From NCBI GenBank assembly GCA_965248925.1, contig CBDFLE010000006.1:608001-672000 (forward strand): a DNA stretch of 64,000 nucleotides. Reading direction: 5' to 3'. This stretch comes from Candidatus Multivoradales bacterium (GTDB lineage: Bacteria > Acidobacteriota > Thermoanaerobaculia > Multivoradales > J023). How positions within the stretch are numbered: the first letter of the stretch is position 1; every line of letters starts with the position of its first letter. Shown here piece after piece: positions 10,523 to 19,899 of this stretch. Under the pieces are notes generated by a model that ran no database searches, was not told the origin of the DNA, and saw only the letters and a list, made by a program, of their open reading frames with translations. A program made the translations under genes and the position numbers.

Positions 10523-12436
10523 TTCGAACCTCCAAGCAGAAAAAATGGATGCGAAGCGGAAGGCTTCGCGCCAAGTACTCTTCTTGCTAACACATAGGAA
10601 GCTAGCACGGAAGTGCAAATAGTACTTGATAAGGGAGATTTCTACAGGACGAGGCTACGCTCTCTCGGTAGTGGAGAAAGTAAAAGTGACCAAAAAGGCG
10701 TACAGAAAATGCGAGAAATTCTATTCTGAAGCTGTTTTGTTGGTACTGCTGTGGGATGCGCAGATCCCAAATCGCTAACTCGGCTCGTCAGCTGAACCGA
10801 CGATCGCCAGCTCGGCCCGTAACGGCCACTGGCTAGACTCCCACCGGACACACTGCCCCGTGCCCGAACAATTCAGCTCGGCCAGGGTGGCGGCGTGTCG
10901 GGGAGTTTTCATGAGCGACCAGAGAAAAAGGCATTGGCGAGTTGACCCATTGATCGAGTCACACCACTTTGCCCCAGTCATCATGCCGGGCGGCATGCAT
11001 ACTGTGATCATTCCGGGCGGCTAGCGCCAGGTGGGCGGGCGGATGCCCTTGCACCGCTCGCCCTCCACAACCTCTCTCAGCACGATGACCGTTGCGGCAG
11101 TCACTTCGCCTCTTCGTGCGACGTAGGTGAAGCGCCTGATCGCTGCAATCGCTGTCTGGTTGTGGCGTAGTGGCTTCAGCAGGGCTGCCATTGTCTTGGC
11201 ACGCTCGGTAGCCTCGCTGGCTTGACCGGTACTGAGGAGTAGTTCGACGAGGTCGAGCGAGGCCAGAGCAAGGCTGAATGGGTCGGTGGCAACGAGCCCC
11301 TCGACTGCCAGCCGTAGGTAGGCTTCGGCGCGGTCGAGCTGGCCACGCCCCTTGGCCACCATGCCCACTGACCACTGAGCCATGGCCCGTGGGTAGAGCG
11401 TAGCCGGTGGAATCAGCGCCAGTGCTACCAGAAGGTGCTCTTCGGCTTCATCGAACTTCTTGTCCAACTCCCGAAGGTGGGCGAGCCCCTGATAAGCGGC
11501 AGCTCGGTGGCTCTTCTCGCTATCCGGTAGCAGAGCTAAAGCAACTTCATAGGAATCTCTTGCCGCTTCCCGATCTAACGCCACCGAAAAGACGCCCTGA
11601 TCTACAAAGACCTTACCCATGCCGGCTCTATCGCGTTGAGCGACGAAGATGGCCATGGCTTCGCCGGAAACTGTCAAGGCATCTTCGAACTCACCGTGAC
11701 CCCCGAGGACAATGCTGGTTCTTCGCAACAGATCAGCTCTTACTCGCGGCGGCGCCCAGTGGCCGATTTCGAGAGCCGTTTCCAGGCAGAAAGCGGCAGC
11801 CTCCATCGAAGCCGCCAGTCTGTGGCTTGAGCCCAGCGCACCGGCAGCGCGGCAGAATGCCTCCACACCCTCCGACCCTTTGATCCTCGGAGCGACCTCG
11901 GCCGCCAGGATCTGGGCCAGCTGCGCGGCTTCCAAGGGTGCGCGCAGTCGAAGCTCATCGAGGACTCTGGCGGCGCGCCTGATGGCGGTCAACGATCGCC
12001 ATTGCGGCATCTCTTGGAGCAGTTGCCGACGAAGGGTGAGCGGCCCGTGAAAGAGGAATGAGCGGGTATCTTGGGTGCTGAGTGCAGCTTGCCGTGGTTT
12101 CTCGGCCTGGTCGAAACGCTGGCCGGCGACCTTCCGCACTGCGGTCTGGAGGGCCAGTATTGGTGTGGGTGGACTCGGCAAAACGATCTTCCGATCTTCG
12201 TCCGCCTCTTCCTTCTTGGCAGCCCCGGTCTTTGCTTCGGGGGTCGCAGGTTGGGCTTCATCCTTCACTTCTGGAGTCTCGGCCTTCAGACGTTTTGCCA
12301 GTGTTTCCCACACTGGCGGTGTTCGTCGGCCATGGACAGCCTCGCGCGCTGTTCTGAGCAGCTCGGCCCCTCTGTGCCAATGTAAGTGAGACACTCAAGT
12401 ACCGAGAAATTAGTGAGGGTGTGGAGAGCAATCACC

Positions 12437-12850
12437 ATGGCGAGTCCAAGCCACGAGCTGCGAGATATGGGTGCTGACCGACCAGATCCCGAGGTAGCTG
12501 AGAAGGCGAAGCGGCGGCGGTACAGCGCGTCGTACAAGCTGCGCATCGTCCAGGCCGCCGACGCCTGTAGCAAGCCCGGCGAGATTGGCGCCCTGCTTCG
12601 CCAGGAGGGTCTGTATTCCTCGCTACTGTCGACGTGGCGCCGTCAGCGCGACACGGGAGCTCTGGCCGGTCTGTCGAAGAAGCGCGGTCGCAAGCGTCGA
12701 CCGGTCTCTGCCGAGGCCCGCCGCGTCGCGGAGCTTGAGCGTGAGAATGCCCGGCTCAAGCATCAGCTGTACAAAGCCGAGACGATCATCGATGTCCAAA
12801 AAAAACTTTCCCGGCTGCTAGGGATCGAGCCGAGCGAGAGCCAGCCATGA
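12437..12850 (+). CDS. IS3-family transposase OrfA (HTH)
   Basis: KRRRYSASYKLRIV..LYSSLLSTWRRQ..ELERENARLK; an A8C slippery run at 12798-12806 with the -1 frame open into OrfB. Confidence 0.88.
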   Translation: MASPSHELRDMGADRPDPEVAEKAKRRRYSASYKLRIVQAADACSKPGEIGALLRQEGLYSSLLSTWRRQRDTGALAGLSKKRGRKRRPVSAEARRVAELERENARLKHQLYKAETIIDVQKKLSRLLGIEPSESQP

Positions 12851-13968
12851 GCGCTGTGGCGCCGCTGGCCGAGACGGTGGGGGTGCAAGCAGCCTGCGTC
12901 GCCTTGGCGGTCCCCAGAGCCACTTTCTATCGCCGCCGTCGGCAGCAGAGCGCAGGGCCGCAGCTATCAACGCGGCCTCGACCGCCGCTGGCATTGACGC
13001 CCGCTGAACGCCAGGAGGTCCTCGATGTGTTGCACTCGGAGCGCTTCGTCGACCGCTCGCCGCGTCAAGTCTGGGCGGCGCTGCTGGACGAGGATCAGCG
13101 CCATATCTGCTCGGTGCGCACCATGTACCGGGTCCTGGAGTCTGAGGGCGAGCTGCGCGAGCGACGCCGTCAGCGGCGTCATCCCAACTACACCAAGCCC
13201 GAACTGCTGGCCACAGGGCCGAACGAGGTGTGGTCGTGGGACATCACCAAGCTCAAGGGCCCGGTGAAGTGGACCCACTACTACCTTTACGTAATTCTGG
13301 ACGTCTTCAGCCGCTACATCGTCGGCTGGATGCTCGCCTGCCGCGAGTCCGGAGGGCTCGCGAAGCGGTTGATCGCCGACAGTGTTGAGAAGCAAGGTGT
13401 TGAGCGAGATCGACTTACCTTGCACTCGGACCGCGGTTCGAGCATGACATCCAAGCCAGTGGCTCTACTGCTGGCCGATCTCGGGATGACACGGTCGCTG
13501 AACCGGCCCTACACGAGCAACGACAATCCGTTCTCTGAGGCCCAGTTCAAGACGCTCAAGTACCATCCGAGCTTTCCCGACCGCTTCGGATCACTGGAAG
13601 ATGCACGAGCATTCTGCCGCTCGTTCATCGGCTGGTACAACACGCAGCACTACCACACAGGACTCGGCTTGTTGACGCCAGAGACCGTCCACTACGGCCT
13701 CACGGCCTCAGTACTGGAGCAACGTCGAGAAGTCCTCGCCGCCGCCTCAGCCGCTCATCCAAGCCGCTTCAAGCGGCGAGCGCCGGCTTTGCCGGAGCCC
13801 AGTGACAAGGTCTGGATCAACCCGCCGACCACCGCCGCCAGCACTGACCCAGTCGATACCGAGAACGTAGTGACACACCGCGTACACAACGACGCACCAG
13901 GCGAGACCCCTGGCTGCGCGCCCTCGCTGAAAGCGATGGTGCCGGAGCCACTACCGATTCCGTACTAA
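12847..13968 (+). CDS. IS3-family transposase OrfB (DDE integrase core)
   Basis: PNEVWSWDITKL, ILDVFSRYIVGW, LHSDRGS and DNPFSEAQFKTLK; in the -1 frame relative to OrfA. Confidence 0.92.
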   Translation: MSAVAPLAETVGVQAACVALAVPRATFYRRRRQQSAGPQLSTRPRPPLALTPAERQEVLDVLHSERFVDRSPRQVWAALLDEDQRHICSVRTMYRVLESEGELRERRRQRRHPNYTKPELLATGPNEVWSWDITKLKGPVKWTHYYLYVILDVFSRYIVGWMLACRESGGLAKRLIADSVEKQGVERDRLTLHSDRGSSMTSKPVALLLADLGMTRSLNRPYTSNDNPFSEAQFKTLKYHPSFPDRFGSLEDARAFCRSFIGWYNTQHYHTGLGLLTPETVHYGLTASVLEQRREVLAAASAAHPSRFKRRAPALPEPSDKVWINPPTTAASTDPVDTENVVTHRVHNDAPGETPGCAPSLKAMVPEPLPIPY

Positions 13969-14470
13969 TTCCCAGAAGAAAGTGTCTCACTTTCATTGAC
14001 ACATTCCGGGCCGGGCTGGTCGCGGTGAACTCGGCCAGCAGCTCGCCAGGGTCGAGTTCAAGCCCGCCCGCTGCGGTCAAGAACTGAATAAGGGTAAATC
14101 GGTGTGGTGACCGCAGGAACACTCGGCGACTCCATTGGGGGCTATGCCCACTGGCCCGGTCTATCTCGTGCTGGCGCCCACGGTGGAGTTTGAATAGGTG
14201 GCGCAGTCGGTCGCGGCTCTTGGCAGCGTCGAGGCGTGCAATCTCGCTTGGTTTCATCCCTGAACAACCCCCCTGGCGAATACTGGCTAGCGGTAAGAAC
14301 CTGCGAATAGTCGGACCATCGTAACCTATTCTCCTCGGCAAATCTTCTGGGAGGACATGTATAGCGGTCGCTCCTCCCATCTGAGCGACTGCTCTGGCTG
14401 AGCGATCCTTGAATGCGCGCCAGCTATTTCCATGGCCACGATTCGCCGCTCCATAGATACGGTGCGGCCC

Positions 14471-14845
14471 ATGAACGACCCACAACCGATTTTGGAAGTC
14501 GCTCCGCTCGAACAGGTGGAGATGGACACACGAACGAAAATTCTGCTGGTGGCCGCTGAGTTTCGGCGGCTAGAAGACAAGCTGACCGACCTGCTGGCGG
14601 AGCACCCAGGAGGCGAGGTAACGAGCGCCGAACTGCGACCACCCACACTCTTGGGAGTGATGGTCAGCGCGGTGGAGCTGGCAACTGAGCAGGTCGGTAC
14701 CACGATCGGTCTATTGAGAGACGCGGCCGCGATTACGCAGAACGAACTCTTCGAGCGCTGGCTAGAGCGCCGTGGTGCGGAGTATCGCGCCCGATTGACC
14801 GCGCTGGTGAGTTCCAGAGTCCGGCCATTGAGACTGGTGCAGTGA
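14471..14845 (+). CDS. Small helical hypothetical protein, divergent from the HTH-TPR gene
   Basis: Clean ORF (alternative start 14432); a paralog lies at 8575. Confidence 0.65.
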   Translation: MNDPQPILEVAPLEQVEMDTRTKILLVAAEFRRLEDKLTDLLAEHPGGEVTSAELRPPTLLGVMVSAVELATEQVGTTIGLLRDAAAITQNELFERWLERRGAEYRARLTALVSSRVRPLRLVQ

Positions 14846-14915
14846 TCCCGCCCGAGGCTCATGCCGAGGTGGTGTGGTGGGTCGATCGGGTGACCTGTGC
14901 GGCCGTGAAGGCTGA

Positions 14916-15434
14916 GTGATGGCGATGTCGCCAGAGAGGCGAGCCGATTTGGTGACGTTGATTGATCTTGGGTCGGTGGTGAGTGTTGGCATCACCGACC
15001 ATTGCTACCGGCTAGCCGTTCATCTGTACGAGCCACCCGATCTCACCGACCTGGCCGAGGTGGCGACCCCCGGACCGAAGACCGAAGCGGCGATCGAGGA
15101 CGTGCGCGAGGCGCAGCGTTCGGCCGCTGCCGGCGTGCAAATCCTGGAGCAATTGCGGACCACGCTACAGCGCCACGCGCTTCGATTTGTAGGCCAACCA
15201 GACGACGACGCGGGCGCCGCACCGCGTGCTGTGCTCTGGAGCCAGCTCCGGCAATCGATCGATCAGCTCGATGGGCTCATAGACCAGCTGACCGCTGTCA
15301 CGTTGACCGCTGCCGGCGCGGGGCCGATCCGTCCAGAGGGGAAGGAAGCGCGCCGCTTGTTTCCCGACCTTGGCGAGCTGGTCGCCCAGCTGCTCGTCGG
15401 TGGTGCGGGCGACGACAGCGAGTCGGACGCATGA
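14916..15434 (+). CDS. Hypothetical helical protein
   Basis: 172-aa ORF co-directional with its neighbours; stop overlaps the next start (ATGA). Confidence 0.55.
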   Translation: MMAMSPERRADLVTLIDLGSVVSVGITDHCYRLAVHLYEPPDLTDLAEVATPGPKTEAAIEDVREAQRSAAAGVQILEQLRTTLQRHALRFVGQPDDDAGAAPRAVLWSQLRQSIDQLDGLIDQLTAVTLTAAGAGPIRPEGKEARRLFPDLGELVAQLLVGGAGDDSESDA

Positions 15435-15886
15435 GCGTCAAGACACTGGTCTGGGATTGCGGCCGAATGCTGATTCCGGCGCCCCTCCTGCTCGGCGAAA
15501 TGTGGACCGAGGGGCCACTGATATCTGCGGCCGAGGGTGCCTTGCTGGTGAGTCCGCTACGGGGTCCCGCCGGCATTGTATTCCTCGGTTGCGACCGCGT
15601 GCCATTCGCCCATGCTCGCGTGCTGAGCCTGCGGATGTTGGATGGTCCCGCCGTCGTCAATGCCGGTCGCCAGGTCAATGCCGGCGCGCTGCTCTTGTGG
15701 TCGAGCTGCCGGCTGTCGAATGACGACTTGGCCACCGTGCGACCGGTGGCGCTGGCGGCACGGCGAGAATCATTCCCGGTGCTCGATGTTGTGGAAGTAG
15801 TACCCGGCGAGCCGTCTCGCTCACACGCCCCGTGGCGCTTTAACCAGAACCCGGCCTGGCTGGAGGGTTGGAAGTTCCCCCGATGA
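15431..15886 (+). CDS. Hypothetical protein
   Basis: ATG at 15431 overlaps the previous stop; reads MSVKTLVWDCG...WKFPR. Confidence 0.5.
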   Translation: MSVKTLVWDCGRMLIPAPLLLGEMWTEGPLISAAEGALLVSPLRGPAGIVFLGCDRVPFAHARVLSLRMLDGPAVVNAGRQVNAGALLLWSSCRLSNDDLATVRPVALAARRESFPVLDVVEVVPGEPSRSHAPWRFNQNPAWLEGWKFPR

Positions 15887-16052
15887 AATCTCTCCGCCTG
15901 GCCGAGCTCGCATCTGCCAACTGCTCACGGGGCCATCCGATCTGAGCCTCTAACTTCTAGGCGGCCTGGTCGGTGGTCGAGAGCGCGTCCCCTCGCAACC
16001 CTCTCACGGCCACCGGCCAGACTCTTTTGTGACAGCACTTCGCTAGGACGCG

Positions 16053-16077
16053 GTGAGGGCTTCCCGCCTCACTTCTT
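16053..16077 (+). terminator. Possible intrinsic terminator
   Basis: GTGAGG-N8-CCTCAC stem followed by TTCTT, downstream of the island's plus-strand genes; the U tract is weak. Confidence 0.3.
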
Positions 16078-16213
16078 CGTCCGCCGGCCGCGGCCGTCGA
16101 TATGCGGCGCAATTCCCCGCCGTGGTCGCGCGCCGGTTGTTCTTACCCCCCCTCAGTATCGAGATCTCCCGAGCTAGCCACGGGAAACCGCGTCTTCATG
16201 CCCTGTGGATACC

Positions 16214-16319
16214 CCTCTGCCGACGCCCCGCAACTTTGGCTTAGGAAGGCTTCGGCGCCACTGACTCGCCGGCTTGCAGCTCCCGGCCATGGATCATCCA
16301 GAAACTGGCCCTCTCGGCC
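16214..16319. repeat. Right copy of the 106-bp direct repeat (last 79 nt of the GMC gene plus 27 nt downstream)
   Basis: Manual alignment to 8337-8442. Confidence 0.93.
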
Positions 16320-17866
16320 AACGCGGCGATGGTCATCGACGGGTTGATCGCCAAGGCGGTGGGGATCATGCTGCCGTCGATCACATGGAGACCGGGATAA
16401 TTCCACACCTGTCCGCGGCCGTCGACCACACTATCGGCCGCGCTATCGCCCATGAAGCAGCCCCCCAGGGGATGAGCGGTGATCGTCTTGCGCAACGGCC
16501 AGGGCCAAACCATGCAAGGAACGTAGCGTCCCCCCAACTGCTCCACCATCTTGCGCATGGCCACCTGCATCTGGTCGTACATCGGCTTCGACAGCTTAGG
16601 ATTCCACCGCAAGTCGATCTCACCCCTGGTAAGCCGCAGCTGGCCATCCGCGGCATCCGAACCCATGCCGAGGAATGGCAGGAAGTGGCTGACACTGCCG
16701 CCCGCCAAGATCTGCTTAATCTGACGCTCGAGCATGCTGGTGGCAGGGGCAACGCCAAACATGGCCAGCAAATAGTCCTTGGCCAGGCGCAGCATGTCGG
16801 CGAACTTGGTCGGTGCTTGGATGCCGGCTAACAACCAGGCGAGTGGATTGGGCAGGCCGACGTCCTCGATAAACATCGCGTACTCCGCGGTCGACACATC
16901 GACCCCGGCGCTAATCGCCGGTCCCTGGGTGGGGTCGATCAAACGGTCACTTTCCAGCGAGCCGGCATAGGCAAAGTCGCCGTTGCCGGAGAAGCGCTGG
17001 CCAAGCTGCTCGCCGAGTTCCGGCAAGGTGCCATGCTGATCGCGGCAGCGCAGCAGCAACTCGCTGGAGCCGAGGGTACCGGCGGCCACCACCACCGTCT
17101 TGGCGGCATAGGAGAAGTCCTCGCGCGACACCGTTCCGGGATCGATCAAACGGCCGGAGACCCGATAGCCACCGCCCTTGAGCGGCTCGATCTGCCGCAC
17201 CCGATGGTGCTCGCGAATCACCGCACCGTGGCGCTCGGCGAGGGGCAGATAGTTGGTGTCGAGGGAGTTCTTGGAGCGCACCCGGCAGCCCAGCAGGCAG
17301 TTGGAGTTGTAGTTGCACGTTGCCTGCTCTTCGCCGGTGTAGGGGTTGCTCCGCGGAGCGCCGTTGTCGGCGAAATAGACCGCCAGATCCAGCAACTCGG
17401 GATCGCCGCCAGCGCCCTTGCTGGCGGCGAGAAAAGCCTGGGTGCGGGCTGGCAGCGGGCTACGCTCGGTAGCGGGCACTTTCTGCACCGCCAGCATCTT
17501 CGCCACCACGTCGTAATAAGGATCGAGCACTTGGCGGCGAATCTCCCGCGGCCACACCTGCTGCTCGAAAATCCGTGCCTGGGCTCGCTCGGTAACCGCG
17601 AAATAGTGCAGTGAGCCACCGCCGACGCCGACCCCGTTCATCACGTCCATGCCACGGAAGATCTTGTATTCGATGAATCCGTCGGTCTTATCCTTGATCC
17701 AGAACCCTGCCGCCACTTGGCCGGTTGAACGAGGGAAGTGATCAGCGGGCCAACGCCGCCCCTGCTCGAGAATCAACACCGAACGGCCTGCCTGCGCCAG
17801 CCGGCAAGCGGTCACCGCGCCCCCAAACCCGGAACCGACAACGACGACATCGTATAGCTCTGTCAT
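16241..17866 (-). CDS. GMC family oxidoreductase (cholesterol oxidase-like)
   Basis: VVVVGSGFGG FAD motif; GVGGGSLHY; CLLGC..KNSLDTNYL; TAHPLGGC; NPSMTIAALAER. Confidence 0.9.
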   Translation of the reverse strand: MTELYDVVVVGSGFGGAVTACRLAQAGRSVLILEQGRRWPADHFPRSTGQVAAGFWIKDKTDGFIEYKIFRGMDVMNGVGVGGGSLHYFAVTERAQARIFEQQVWPREIRRQVLDPYYDVVAKMLAVQKVPATERSPLPARTQAFLAASKGAGGDPELLDLAVYFADNGAPRSNPYTGEEQATCNYNSNCLLGCRVRSKNSLDTNYLPLAERHGAVIREHHRVRQIEPLKGGGYRVSGRLIDPGTVSREDFSYAAKTVVVAAGTLGSSELLLRCRDQHGTLPELGEQLGQRFSGNGDFAYAGSLESDRLIDPTQGPAISAGVDVSTAEYAMFIEDVGLPNPLAWLLAGIQAPTKFADMLRLAKDYLLAMFGVAPATSMLERQIKQILAGGSVSHFLPFLGMGSDAADGQLRLTRGEIDLRWNPKLSKPMYDQMQVAMRKMVEQLGGRYVPCMVWPWPLRKTITAHPLGGCFMGDSAADSVVDGRGQVWNYPGLHVIDGSMIPTALAINPSMTIAALAERASFWMIHGRELQAGESVAPKPS

Positions 17867-18175
17867 GCGGCAGCCTCCTGAAGAGTGAATAGAAACCTTC
17901 CAGACTGACCGGTGATTCCCGTCCGCGCACCGCCGCACGAACGGCAAGCCCACGCCCCTCACCAATCACTGAATGAATGGCGCCCATTGTGCGCCTAAAA
18001 CCGGCTGGGAGCAAACGTCCGACCCGCCGGCGAGAAAGTGCGGAACGAATCAGCTCTTTCACCCTCCTCTTGCGCGTCAGTGGTTGGAAGACGGTCCACA
18101 ACTGTCGGCGCCGTTGGGCAGCCGCTGGCCTTCCGAACTTGGGGAAGTGAAGCCAAGCCGTTACGAGGAGAAAAA

Positions 18176-19849
18176 ATGAAGCATTCGAAGCGATCCAGCT
18201 ACAACTTGATCCGCTGCCTGATAACCCTGGCCGTCCTGACTACCCTGGCGAGCCCGCTCGCCGCCCAAGTGGAGCAGGAATTCAGCGACGACTTCCCGCG
18301 TCTCGAAATCCGCGGTCGGTGGCCCCGCGGTATCAGATGTGTGGAGGAAACTCGCAAAGTCTGCCTTCCAGAAGGCTGTACCTTGGATCTCAGCCGGAGC
18401 CACAGCACGAGCCAACACGAAGGAGGCTTCGGCCAAGGCGGACCGGGGTATGGAATCTTCATCTCCTCGCTCAACCGCCCGGGTGGCGGCAACGCCACCT
18501 ACCACCTCGACGCCGCGAGCCGCTGCCTGATCTCCAGAGTCAAGGTCTGCGGCTTCGCGCGACAGCGCGGCTGGTATGAGGGGCGGCACGTCATCTACGG
18601 CCGCTGCCAAGGTGATTGTGCCTGTAGCGAAGACCAGGACTGCGCCCTGGGCCAGGTCTGCGAAACCACGGTGCTGGGCGACTGTGATTCGCCAAGGCGC
18701 CACTGCGTGCCCGGCTGCCGGGCGGGTGCGCGGGGCTGTGCGGGCGGTGACCAATGCTCCCAAGTCGTCTGCAAAACATGCCCCTGTCCCGACCTCTGTG
18801 AATCTCTCGATCCACCCATCTCAACCTGCAAGTGCCCCGAGGGCCATTGGTACGACAACAACCGCCAAAGCTGCGTCACCACCGCCTGCGAAAGCGTCCC
18901 CGGCCTGCCCGATGGCGACAAAGGCGGCGGCTACTTCGCCTGGAGCGGCCACCTCTTCATCGACACTCCGGGAGCCGACTGTGGCGAGGATTTGACGGTC
19001 ACGGCTACACCGACCGTCGAAGTCGGCTGCGATCGATTCGGTGGGACCAAGACCGAAGTAGAGATCCAGATCAATGGCGGCAGCGGCCCCTACACTTGCC
19101 AAGGCCCCGCCTCCAACTTTCCGCTGCAGGTGACCGGTTCCGTCTGCCTTGCAAAAGCGGTTCCTTTTGGTACCCAGACCTTCACCATCGTCGATGCCAA
19201 TGGGCAAGAAGCCAAGGTCGATGTGGTGCTGAAGGACGCGATCACTTTGCAGGCTGGCACCACCAACCCTCCCTCTTGCTGCGATTGCGCCGATGGCTCC
19301 GCATCGGTGATCGCCAGCGGCGACAACGGGCCCTTCAGTTTTCGTTGGAACGATCCGGCAGTTACCCAGACCATCGAGGCCAGCGAGGCCAGCGAGGCCA
19401 GCGGTCTCGCCGCCGGCACCTACTCGATCCTCGTTTCCGATCAGCAGGGCTGCTTCCGAAAGATCGAGGTCACTGTCCCCAAGCTACCCGGCTGCTCAAC
19501 CTCTGAACCACCGGTGGGCCCTCCAGATAACAACATCAGCTACTGGCGCTTGGGCCAGCTGCAAGTCGGCCGGATCTACCCGACAACGGTCACCGCCAAG
19601 AACATCAATTGCAAAGGCAAGCGCGACTTCGAAGTCAGCATCGAAGACACACCCTGGTTCAGGGTGACCGGCCCCACGGTGCTGCGCAAGATTCGACCGG
19701 GGAAGAGCTTGGTCACCGAAGCGGCAGTCGACCTGCGCAATGTCGAGCCCGGCGAGTACCGTGGCCGGATGGTGGTGCGTTGTCTGAACTGCCCACCGCG
19801 CTGTAAACAAAGTCAGTCGATCTTCGAACTACAAGTCACCGCGGAGTGA
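18176..19849 (+). CDS. Secreted Cys-rich modular protein with SprB-like repeats and a C-terminal Ig-like domain
   Basis: AGGAG RBS; signal peptide; many Cys modules; GGSGPYT..TIVDANG and GPFSFRW..GLAAGTYSILVSDQQGC are SprB-like units. Confidence 0.72.
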   Translation: MKHSKRSSYNLIRCLITLAVLTTLASPLAAQVEQEFSDDFPRLEIRGRWPRGIRCVEETRKVCLPEGCTLDLSRSHSTSQHEGGFGQGGPGYGIFISSLNRPGGGNATYHLDAASRCLISRVKVCGFARQRGWYEGRHVIYGRCQGDCACSEDQDCALGQVCETTVLGDCDSPRRHCVPGCRAGARGCAGGDQCSQVVCKTCPCPDLCESLDPPISTCKCPEGHWYDNNRQSCVTTACESVPGLPDGDKGGGYFAWSGHLFIDTPGADCGEDLTVTATPTVEVGCDRFGGTKTEVEIQINGGSGPYTCQGPASNFPLQVTGSVCLAKAVPFGTQTFTIVDANGQEAKVDVVLKDAITLQAGTTNPPSCCDCADGSASVIASGDNGPFSFRWNDPAVTQTIEASEASEASGLAAGTYSILVSDQQGCFRKIEVTVPKLPGCSTSEPPVGPPDNNISYWRLGQLQVGRIYPTTVTAKNINCKGKRDFEVSIEDTPWFRVTGPTVLRKIRPGKSLVTEAAVDLRNVEPGEYRGRMVVRCLNCPPRCKQSQSIFELQVTAE

Positions 19850-19899
19850 AGCCTCAAGTAATCATCAAAGACCCTAGAACTCGGATCGAGGAAAAACCC

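Larger units (their letters stand above)
12369..14008 (+). mobile_element. IS3-family insertion sequence, 1640 bp, with 4-bp GGCC target duplication
   Basis: Inverted repeats TGTGCCAATGTAAGTGAGACACT (from 12373) and AGTGTCTCACTTTCATTGACACA (to 14003); GGCC at 12365-12368 and 14009-14012; orfA/orfB layout. Confidence 0.9.
11021..14257 (-). pseudogene. XRE-like HTH plus TPR regulator (~530 aa when reconstructed), interrupted by an IS3-family element
   Basis: Removing 12369-14008 plus one GGCC copy (1644 nt, a multiple of 3) restores the frame ...LAEFTATSPAELLRTARE.... The N-terminus is XRE-HTH-like and the C-terminus has TPR-like repeats. Confidence 0.82.
8337..16319. mobile_element. Genomic island inserted in the 3' end of a GMC oxidoreductase gene, with no integrase recognised
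   Basis: Bounded by 106-bp direct repeats, contains only hypothetical/regulatory genes and an IS, and separates two co-directional host genes. Confidence 0.75.

Noticed and set aside
10775-11011. Signalling propeptide gene downstream of the HTH-TPR gene
   Set aside because: No signal peptide, RBS or other coding evidence; the ORF is unsupported.
8337-16319. Prophage or phage satellite
   Set aside because: No capsid, terminase, primase, integrase or other phage hallmark gene is recognisable; reported only as an island.
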